DNA of 62,754 nt, filler included, from Chrysochromulina tobinii (lineage: Eukaryota): assembly GCA_001275005.1 (NCBI GenBank). It is 8 parts of 8 records of this genome, joined end to end, with 100 filler letters (N's around TTAATTAATTAA, not from the genome) between each part and the next. Parts side by side here need not be neighbours in the genome. Positions count along the whole stretch, not along the records: positions 35,074 to 44,704 come from JWZX01001236.1; positions 44,805 to 47,690 come from JWZX01001237.1; positions 47,791 to 50,729 come from JWZX01001238.1; 5 more parts are not named here. One strand, 5' to 3'. Positions 41,601 through 50,829 of this stretch are shown piece by piece. The notes beneath the pieces are model-generated. The model was not told where the DNA came from and made no database searches. It saw only the letters and a program-made list of their open reading frames with translations. Made by a program: the position numbers and the translations under genes. Numbering within the stretch: the stretch's first letter is position 1; each line of letters begins with the position of its first letter.

Positions 41601-44490
41601 CTCGGCGGCCCTCTGGCCGTTGATGTGCCATGCGAGGACGCCGCCGGCGAGCGTCATGCGGATCCGATCACCCGCATCGAAAGAGGGCAGGCCGTTCTGA
41701 ACCAAGGAGTCCTTGTGCCGTATGGCACCGTCCGCTCTGTAGCTCCAGCTGTCGGCGTCTCCACCTGATGAGGGAGGCGATCGGATGTCATCAGAGGTCA
41801 TCAGAGGTCATCAGCTGTCGGCGTCTCCACCTGGAGATCGCGACAGGGCGTCAGATGCCATCAGAGGTCATCAGAAGTCGTCAGAGGTCATCAGAGGCCA
41901 TCAGAGGCCATCAGAGGCCATCAGAGGTCATCAGAGGCCATCAGAGGTCATCAGAGGTCATCAGGGGCGTCAACACCTAGGGAGCGGGACAGGGCGTCCT
42001 TGCGCGGCAGCGCTGCGCCGATGAAGCAGCGACTCGGATCGGTGCACTGCTGCACGACGAGCTCGACCATCGGCGAGATCGCACCGAGCAGCGCCCGCCC
42101 GGTGGCCTCGAGCCTCACGCTCCGCTTGTTGTGGCTGAGTTTGGCGCTTGCGACCTTGAGCTCCGTCGCAAAACTCAGCGCGCCTTGCTGCTGCACCGCT
42201 TGCTGCAGCGCCGTAGCCTGCTGCGCCGCCGCTTGCTGCGCTGCCACTTGCTGCCCTACCACTTGCTGCGCCGCCGCCTGCTGCGCCGCCTCCTGCTGCG
42301 CCTGCGCCTCTGACTGCGCGATCGCGAGGACCAGTGCGGTGGCCTCCTCCTCCGCCTCGTCGACGTCCTCGCTCACGACCCCGGGGGCATAGGTGTTCCC
42401 AGCCACGCGGAAGCGTAACGGCTTCTCCCAACGGCCAAACATCGAGCCGTCGAGTACGTTCCCAGTCGCGTGCCCGCTCACCTGATGAGGGAGGCAATCA
42501 GACGTCATCCGGTTGATGAGGGAGGCAATCATCGGCCGCTCACTCACCATGTGATCGAGTTTGAGTGTGGCCATCAGTGGTCATCGGTGGTCATCAGTGG
42601 TCATCAGTGGTGATCAGTGGTCATCAGTGGTCATCAGTGGTCATCAGTGGCCATCGGCCACTCACCGTGTCATCGAGCTTGAGCGCAGTCTCGTTGCCCT
42701 CAAACTGGCACAAATCGACGACTACGCTGCCGCCGCCTCGGGTGACGATCACCTCCTTGTTATGCGCAAACGTACATTCCACTGCCTCGAAGGCGCATGC
42801 CCGGTCGACGCGCACGGCGCAGATCGAATGCTGCACGAGGGAGAGAGATCGAATGCCATCAAGGGTCATCAGTGGTCCTCAGAGGTCATCAGAGGTGCTG
42901 CATGAGGGAGAGAGATCGAATGCCATCAAGGGTCATCAGTGGTCCTCAGAGGTCATCAGTGGTGCTGCACGAGGGAGAGAGATCGAATGCCATCAAGGGT
43001 CATCAGTGGTCAACTGTGGTCAACAGTAGTCATCAGCGGTCATGAGTGGTCCTCAGTGGTCCTCAGTGGCACTCACCTGCATGCTGCACCCGTGCAGAGA
43101 GAGTGAGGTGCTTTCCTTCATGTCGATGGCCGTACTCGCGAGCCCTCCCTTTCGTTTGGCCGCCACTTGGCAGCGCACCAGTTTCCACCGACCCCTCTGC
43201 ACACGGATTGCGGGCTCCATGTAGTGCCCCAAACTCAACCCCTCGATGACGCCCACAATCTGAAACAATCTCGACTCCTCGATTGCGCGCGCGACGAGCC
43301 CCGCCTCGCCCCTTGCCATACAATGCGACCCCGCCTCGCCGTGACGGCCTCCATTCGCCAGCTCCTCCTCTGCCTGCGTGCGTGCACCGCCTCCGACTGC
43401 AAGCACCGACTTGCCCAATTTGGAACCAGTATGCCGCCCCCCTGTGTGCCGCCCCCCCCTCGCCGGTGGCTCGTCCCATTTATAAAAGTTGGCCTTGTGC
43501 GAAGATCCCGAGCCGCGGCTCGAGCCGCCATCGAGGCGCAGCTGGCCTACAAGCTGCACGCCCTCCTCGGCATAAAGGTGGATGGGCTGTGCAATCAGGA
43601 GGTCGCCGTACAAGGTCGAGCCGGCCCGCAACCGCACGCGCTCCAAGTGAGGCAAGTCCGCAGGCACACGACTCAGGACCGCCGCGGCACTCCGCTCGTC
43701 CACCTGCAGGCAACGAGGGAGGCAATCAGCATGCAACGAGGGAGGCAATTAGCATGCAACGAGGGAGGCAATCCGCATGCAATGAGGAAGGACCATCCGC
43801 GGCAATCAGCATGCAATGAGGGAGGGCCATCCGCGGCCATCCGCGGCAATCTCGCTCGTTCACCTCGAGCCACAATCTCAAACTCGAGGATGAAGGGGGC
43901 AATCAGAGGCACTCAGATGCAATCTCGCTCATTCACCTCGAGCCACGATCTCGCCCAGATCTCGAGCGCGGGCGAGTCCGTGGGCTGTAGCAGGCGGTGG
44001 AACGTCCGGTTCACCGCCATCAGGCGCCGCAACGTCAGCCGGCATTCGAGGTGGCTCAGGATCTCGTACCTGATGAGGGAGGCAATCAGATGTCATTCGA
44101 GGCCATCAGAAAGGTCATCGAGGTGGCTCAGGATCTCGTACCTGATGAAAAGGGGGCAGTCAGAGGCGGCACTCAGATGCAATCATTCTCGCACGTGACT
44201 TCGACGTTCTCAAACTCGAGGACCAAAGGGGCAATCAGAGGTACTCAGAGGCAAGCTCGCACGTGACGTCGACGTTCTCAAAGTCGATGTGTGCCGTCGT
44301 GTCGACCCGATCGTCGTCGACGTTCTCAAACTCGAGGTGTCGCTCCAAATTAGGCAACTCGTTGTGATGATCCAAGTGAGGCAACTCGCAAACTCCAAAC
44401 TTGTGCCTCGCGAGCGCGCCCGACACGGCGTCGAGGCCGTGGAGGCCAGACTTGCGAGTGTAGTACCCGTGCGACACCTTGGTGGACTCT

Positions 44491-44528
<38 letters not shown>

Positions 44529-44704
44529 TATCTCCTCGCGCTCGTTGGCTGCCTTCTTCGCAACCTGTGGCGGCTTCTTGGCGGCGGCGATGAGGATGCC
44601 CTCGACCTCGTCCCCGCTCTCCTCGTCGTCGTCCTCATCTCCGTCTCCGTCCCCGTCCCCGTCCCCGCCCTCCTCCCCATCCTGCTCCCCCTCCCCCTCC
44701 CCCT
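38679..44704 (-). CDS. 10-exon multidomain protein, 5'-partial: acidic tract, F-box-like, right-handed beta-helix, SPRY-like, Gln/Ala-rich, AP2, CCCH zinc finger, repetitive tail
   Basis: Hand-assembled exons: 44704-44263, 44069-43937, 43703-43077, 42830-42666, 42481-41977, 41764-41538, 41447-41385, 41147-40853, 40782-40524, 40443-38679. All nine introns are GT-AG and phases are consistent. AP2: TGFKGVSNHGGKYQAKI..KQRHLGTFATPEEEAAALCY. CCCH: CRAFQEGWCPNGWRCTLLH. The last exon may hide further introns. Confidence 0.78.
38783..40026. repeat. Dispersed/tandem copies of a ~25-nt motif GCATGCAAGTGCCCATC(A/G)CGGCGC in both orientations
   Basis: About 11 copies on + between 39275 and 40026 (42-45-bp spacing in the tandem part), and 2 copies on - near 38788-38811 and 39073-39096. 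Confidence 0.9.
41787..43070. repeat. Intronic 10-bp satellites (tcatcagagg / tcatcagtgg) and a ~67-bp triplicated unit
   Basis: Arrays lie at about 41787-41963, 42571-42650 and 42831-43070, all inside predicted introns. Confidence 0.9.
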
Positions 44705-44965
44705 NNNNNNNNNNNNNNNNNNNNNNNNNNNNNNNNNNNNNNNNNNNNTTAATTAATTAANNNNNNNNNNNNNNNNNNNNNNNNNNNNNNNNNNNNNNNN
44801 NNNNTGCCCCTAAACTGCCCCGCGCGCGAGGTAGTGTTTCGTGTGAAAGTGGACCCCCAAAAGGGCGCACTCTGGTGCCTTCACCACCTAGAGCAGCTCA
44901 TAGAAAAGTCGTGGATAGCTATTCGAAAGTTATCGGATAGCTATTCCTGACTTCTAAAACCCGAC

Positions 44966-46306
44966 ATGTGCAGGCTCTCGACTTTCCTGACGGAGGACGT
45001 CCTGGAGAACGCCCTCGCGTTCGCCGACGTGCCGACGCTGCGCGCGCTCAAGGGCGTGAGCCTCGCGTGGCGTGCGCGGGCACGGCGCGTCCTTTGCGCG
45101 CGGCTGTGCGCTCGAGTCGGCCTGCCGCTCGCGAGCAACCTCGGCAACGTGACGACGCTCGACCTCTCGGGCAGCCGCGCCGCAGGCCGCCTCTTCGCCG
45201 ACGCGGCCGACGCGGCGTGCGGGCTGCCCAACCTGGCAAGGGTGACGGGGCTGGGCGGCTTTGAGGTGGACGTGGCCGCGCTAAGGAGCGTGGCGTCATC
45301 TGGTGAAGACTCGTACCCGATGGCGGGGATGCGCGGGTGCATCCGTGGCGTAGGCGAGGCGCCGATGGAGGTGCCGCCGATGGAGGTGCTGCTCGCCGCG
45401 TGCGCGCTGCGCCACGGCAAGGCGCGCGTTCCGGCGAACGCATTCCGCGGTGACAGGTCCATTACGTCGATCACGCTCCCAACCGGCCTCACCAGCATCG
45501 GGGAGTGCGCCTTCCATGGCTGCTCCTCGTTGACAACGATCGAGCTTCCCGCCGGCCTCACGAGCATCGGTGAGTTCGCCTTCTCTCGCTGCTCCTCGAT
45601 GACATCGATCGAGCTGCCCATCAGCCTCGCGAACCTTGGCCGGTACGCCTTCCGCGACTGCTCCTCGTTGACGTTGATGGAGCTGCCTGCCAGCCTCACG
45701 AGCATCGGTGAGCATGCCTTCGAGGACTGCTCCTCGTTGACAACGATCGCGCTGCCCGCCGGCCTCACGAGCATCGGTGAGTTCGCCTTCCGTGCCTGCT
45801 CCTCGATGACATCGATCAAGCTGCCCCTTGGCCTCACGAGCATCGATAAGAGCACCTTCCGTGGCTGCTCCTCGTTGACAACGATCGAGCTGCCCGCCGG
45901 CCTCACGAGCATCGGTGAGTTCGCCTTCTATCGCTGCTCCTCGATGACATCGATCGAGCTGCCCATCGGCCTCGCGAGCCTTGGCGGGTACGCCTTCCGC
46001 AACTGCTCCTCGTTGACGTTGATGGAGCTGCCTGCCAGCCTCACGAGCATCGGTGAGTATGCCTTCGAGGACTGCTCCTCGATGACGTCGATCGCGTTTC
46101 CCGCTGGCCTCACAAGCCTCGGTGTGGGCGCCTTCGATGGCTGTGACTCGTTGACGTCCATCACGCTGCCCGACAGCCTTACGTGGGAAGGCCTTAAAGG
46201 ATTATATGAGAAGGCCTTACGTGGATGCCCATGCACGTCGGAATGGCGACAAGTTGGTAGCTCTACCGATAGTGATAGTGATGGCGAGTTGTTTAGCGAG
46301 TTGTGA
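44966..46306 (+). CDS. F-box-like plus BspA/TpLRR (LRR_5) protein
   Basis: N-terminal FLTEDVLENALAFADVPTLRALKGVSLAWRARA (F-box-like), followed by about 10 LPxGLTSIGExAFxxCSSL/M repeats. Confidence 0.88.
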   Translation: MCRLSTFLTEDVLENALAFADVPTLRALKGVSLAWRARARRVLCARLCARVGLPLASNLGNVTTLDLSGSRAAGRLFADAADAACGLPNLARVTGLGGFEVDVAALRSVASSGEDSYPMAGMRGCIRGVGEAPMEVPPMEVLLAACALRHGKARVPANAFRGDRSITSITLPTGLTSIGECAFHGCSSLTTIELPAGLTSIGEFAFSRCSSMTSIELPISLANLGRYAFRDCSSLTLMELPASLTSIGEHAFEDCSSLTTIALPAGLTSIGEFAFRACSSMTSIKLPLGLTSIDKSTFRGCSSLTTIELPAGLTSIGEFAFYRCSSMTSIELPIGLASLGGYAFRNCSSLTLMELPASLTSIGEYAFEDCSSMTSIAFPAGLTSLGVGAFDGCDSLTSITLPDSLTWEGLKGLYEKALRGCPCTSEWRQVGSSTDSDSDGELFSEL

Positions 46307-46463
46307 TAGTGTATAGAGCACTGGAACAACCTAAGTGTGCGCACTGCCCTATACGCACGCTGACCTATATACGCACTGCATTACTGGCTCACTCGTGTGC
46401 TGTTCCCAATTCCCATCACTCGGTGCCTGATGAGGCCTTCGTCGAGAGGGCCGTAAAATAGTG

Positions 46464-46880
46464 TCAGGGTGAGCCATTGTCCACGATCATCTGCTTCCAG
46501 CCTTCCAGCAACACATATTTCCTCCGAACTTCCTCTCTCTGTCTCTCCAATCTGTCTTGCAGCTCCGATAGCCGGCGTGAGCACTTGCGACACTCCCTAG
46601 GCTTGAAGCACCACGACTTCTTCCCATGAAACCACCTGCACCTCCAACGTGCCGGCCGCTGCTTGTAGTCGAGAGGGTTGAAAGGTTGAATGGCGCCAAG
46701 CTCCTCTTCCAGCTCGTCCTCGCTCCTTGGAAGCGCATCCTCATCCATGGCAGGTGCCACAAATGAATTGCTGGCCGCTCGTTTCCACGCCTCCATGAAA
46801 GGATTAGTGCCCCTGGCAATCAGCTCGGACTCGCTCAGGGCCGATGGCTCGGACTCGCTCAGGGCCGACGGCTCGGACAT
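46464..46880 (-). CDS. Small hypothetical protein
   Basis: 138-aa ATG ORF with a SEPSALSE duplication, an acidic patch, CxxC and a coiled-coil end. No family recognised. Confidence 0.35.
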   Translation of the reverse strand: MSEPSALSESEPSALSESELIARGTNPFMEAWKRAASNSFVAPAMDEDALPRSEDELEEELGAIQPFNPLDYKQRPARWRCRWFHGKKSWCFKPRECRKCSRRLSELQDRLERQREEVRRKYVLLEGWKQMIVDNGSP

Positions 46881-47199
46881 CGCTCGGGCTCGCTCGGCCG
46901 GGTTCACTTGAACACGCGGCGCTAAGCGCGCACAGGGTCGGCCGCGGGTCTGCTCGGCGAAACCACCTTTTCCTCGCCAACGAGCGCCTCGGGTGCACTT
47001 GAACTGTACTCGGACGAACATTTCGAAACGCGTCACTTTCACAGCGCCGTATTTGGAAGCGCCGTGTTGGCTGTTTGGCTGTTTCTCCAAGGTGTCGAAG
47101 GTGTCGCATCACGCGCCGCGGGGGCTCCTTTGCACAAAACGCATCAAAGCGAGAGGCATACAGAGCACTAGCCGACAGAGGACACTGCAAGATAAGCTC

Positions 47200-47690
47200 A
47201 TGGCCTCCTACATGACGCGCGCGACACATGGCAAGCGTAAGTCCGAAATCCAGGGTATAATTCAAGCAGCAGAGGTCAGCAAGCCAGAGCCCCTCGAGCA
47301 GCTTTCAGCGCCTCTGGCCTTTCAAGATCGCATGCGATTGGGCAAGGCTGCGAAACTGGCCAGGAAAGTGAGGGGCGTAGCCAGGGTCAGCGCGGTTGTC
47401 CCAAAGGCAACAAGATCAGCTCTGGACACAATGGCCACAGTGGAGGCCCAGCCCTCAGCGTACAAAGAGCAGCTTATGACAAACGCATTGCACGAGCTGG
47501 AGGCGAAGCGCCGCCCAGTCTTTCAGGCGAGGGTGGTATTGAGAGATAGCCGACGCGCGGAGACTGCGGAGGGCGAACCTCGTGGTCCTTTCGGGACCCT
47601 CCGCATCGACTCGACCGAAACCAACTCCAAATTCTACTTGCATACAATGGAGCAGATGCTCGTTGCTGCTGGTGCAGGCCGCACCATCAC
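47200..47690 (+). CDS. Hypothetical protein, 3'-partial
   Basis: Basic ORF (MASYMTRATHGKRKSE...) open to the gap, with lower GC3 than host genes. It may be transposon-derived. Confidence 0.35.
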
Positions 47691-47790
47691 NNNNNNNNNN
47701 NNNNNNNNNNNNNNNNNNNNNNNNNNNNNNNNNNTTAATTAATTAANNNNNNNNNNNNNNNNNNNNNNNNNNNNNNNNNNNNNNNNNNNN

Positions 47791-50729
47791 CCTCGAAGAA
47801 CTCCTTCGTGTGAGCAGGGGTGAGGTGGGAGACGGCCTCGGTGGCCATGACCCTGAGACCGATGCCGCCTGTGGCCACACGGTCGCACCCGGCGACGTCG
47901 ATCCAGAGTCGCTGCAAGATGATGTCGGCGTTGCCCATGGCGAGGGGGACGTCGGTGATGTAGCTAGACGAGTTATCGGGGCTTGACGCGAGGGTGGATC
48001 CCCAGGCGCCGGCCTTGTTGTACGAGCCATGAATTGACGGCTTGGTCAACCCCCACGTGGGCGCCCGGATCTATCACTTCCCTCTCCAGGAAAGTAGCAG
48101 GCGCCGGCTCCGCGGTTCAACACTTCAACTGGGAGTGCGCCCGGACTGGCCTCGCCCACTTCCCCTGCGCCATCCAATCCCTCACTGGCACCTGCCGTGG
48201 GGCAGCCGGCGGCTGCCTCACATGCAAGGCCCAGGCGGCGCTCACCACTGGCGCCACGCCGGTACCCGTCGGGATCCTTGCCAAGATCAAGGCCGCCGCC
48301 GACGCCGATACAGCCCGTCGGATCGTTTAGCGCGTCACTCGTACCGCTCTCGCTGAGCGACCGCGAGCCGCCACCGCCGCCAACCGCTCCGCCGCCCCCC
48401 TCTTCATCATCTCATCCGCCCATCCCATCCTCCATCCTCATCTCCACCGCCGCCGCTCTCGAGCACGGCGCCGCCCATCCCGCCGCCGCCGCAGCAGACG
48501 CGCCCACCGCCGACCTGGCATGGTCTTCTGCTCTCGTCGCGTTCGCCGGCCCTGGACATCACGATGATCTCGCCTCCAACCTCCGCGCTCGAGGCGTTCA
48601 CGTCCACGCCGTCGACACTAAAATCGGCGGCCATGAGCACGATGTCACCATCCCGGCCGTCGCCGACGCCCTCGTCTCGGCCACTGCCTCAGGGCAGTAC
48701 GACTTCATCTTCATTGCCACTCCGTGCTCCTCATACTCAGTCGCCCACAGTCCGCAGCTGCGTTCCCGCCGGACACCCATGGGTCTCCCCAACGTGCCCC
48801 AGCCGTGGACCCGGTACCTCGAGAAGCACAACCTCATCGGCTCTTTTACCGCCAGCCTCGTCGCCGCCGCCGAGGCAGCCGGTACGCCCTGGGCTATCGA
48901 GAACCCTGCCGATCGCGGCGACGCCTCTTCACCCGCTTACTGGAAGCTCCACTGCGATCACGCGCCACTCTGGCTACATCCGCACGTTTCCACAGCCCTC
49001 AGCGCCGCGCACGCCGTCCTGCGCACCTTCGCACAGTGCTCGTTCGAATCCCCATTCCAGAAGTGGACCACAGTCGCCCATCCACCATCCATTTCTGCCG
49101 AGTTCAGCTTCCTAGATCTGCACGCGTGCCAGCACGGCCGCTCGCTCCACCTCGCTCGGGCTCACGGCCTCGCTCCAGACGGCAGCAGTCTCTCTGCCGC
49201 CTCTGCCGCCTACCCCCCTGCGCTGAACCGCACGCTCGCTCGCGCGATCGCCCATTCCATCACCCGCGCCGCACAGCCCCACGTCCCCATCCTCGCCGCC
49301 AATACTGGCGGCCGCATCGCCGACGGGCACCAGCTCGGCGTCGACGTCGCCGCCGCCTGCGAAGACGCAAGGCACGACCCGCCCAGATGGGCGTCTCTGC
49401 GCAACCGCCTGCCGGCCTCCGTCGCATCCCTCAGAGCCGAGCCCTTTCCGGGCGACCTCTTCCATCAACACATCTCCAGCAAACCGCCCCTCGCCCGTGC
49501 CGCCCGGCTGCGCGCCCAGCGCGAAGCTGAGCAGGATGCACTCTCTGCGAGCAGCACCGCCGCCGACCGCCTCCGCCGCATCTCGGCCGGGCCGATCCAC
49601 GTCTCACAGCTGTTCCTCGACGACGTGTACGACGGCATCATCGCCCCGTGGATGCTGCACGCTGACGCCGCCTTCGCCGCGATCGCCGCTGGCGGAGCCG
49701 TCGATCGCCCTCCCACCGTCACCATCGGTCAAGAGCAAATGCAGCCGTGGGCCCGAGGCATAGTATGGGACTGCCTAGCTCCATCCGCCTGCGTCCCCGT
49801 CCAGCGGTCAACCCGCTCCACCATCTTCCCAGGGAAGCGGCAGCTCGACCGCGCCGCGCTCAGGCGCGTCGCTACCGAGCTGCACTGGCACGATGTCGAC
49901 ATCATCGCCCAGGCCGGCGAAGGCGGCGTCGAGAGCCGCAGCCACTGCCCGCTTGACACCGTTCTCGCCTTCCATCATCAGAGCCTCGTCGCCGAGCACC
50001 CTTCCGCTGAGAAGGTCGTCCTCTCCGACCTTGCTGAGGAATGGGTCTCTGCACCTGTTCGACATCTACCCTACGCCCCGTGCCGCATCTTACCTCGCGG
50101 CGTCATCATGCAAGAGCGTGCCCGCCTCGTCCCCGCCACCGACGGCGGCGAACCCACCGCTGAGGCGTACCTCAAGCCGAGGATCACCACCGACAGCAGC
50201 CACGGCGGCGACGCCGCCGTCAACGCCGGCGTTGAGTCGCACGAGCGAGGCACCAACCTGCCCCGCGCGCAGGATCACGCCAGGGGCCTCGCCATCTGCG
50301 ATACCGCAGGCGGTGATCATCTCCGAGCAGCGTCGTACGTCGTCGACGCCGAGTCCGCCTACAGGTTCTGCCCGGTGCAGCTTGCCGACCTCTGGTCGCA
50401 ATGCTTCCTGTGGCACGACAGCCACGGCTCTGCCGGCATCTGCATCGACCGGCGCCTTGGATTCGGCGGCGCCTTCGCCCCCAACCGATTCCAGCGCATC
50501 TCCACGATGGTCGCCGCACACATCCAATCGCTCCATGCCGCCTTCGACGCGACGCAGCCGCTGCCGCCCGCCGCCACCCTTTGGGTCGCCGAGCGCACCG
50601 CCCGCCAACTCCGTGGCGAGCTACCGCCATGCGGCCATCTAGGCGTCGGCTCGCACCTCTCGCCTCGATACCTACAGGTATATGTCGACGACTTCAACGG
50701 CGCCGCGCTTCTCGACCCAGTTGAGATCC
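47791..50729 (+). mobile_element. Internal fragment of a DIRS/tyrosine-recombinase-type retrotransposon carrying a cytosine methyltransferase
   Basis: The whole contig has a C-rich strand bias. A gag-like ORF end (stop at 48330) overlaps a long DNMT-RT ORF. RNase H, recombinase and termini are not in the contig, so the class rests on RT style only. Confidence 0.75.
48197..50729 (+). CDS. C5-cytosine DNA methyltransferase / reverse transcriptase fusion, 3'-partial
   Basis: DNMT at about 48530-49260: FAGPG (I), ATPCSSYS (IV), WAIENP (VI), QCSF..FQKWT (VIII), AAYPPAL (X). RT at about 50170-50729: KPRITTDSS, VVDAESAYRFCPV, RLGFGGAFAPNRFQR, YVDD (50681-50692). Confidence 0.88.
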
Positions 50730-50829
50730 NNNNNNNNNNNNNNNNNNNNNNNNNNNNNNNNNNNNNNNNNNNNTTAATTAATTAANNNNNNNNNNNNNNN
50801 NNNNNNNNNNNNNNNNNNNNNNNNNNNNN

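Noticed and set aside
16319..50729. Apparent silencing/defence cluster (RRP6, Argonaute, DNMT-RT, LRR genes)
   Set aside because: The genes are on different contigs separated by artificial spacers, so co-occurrence is not linkage.
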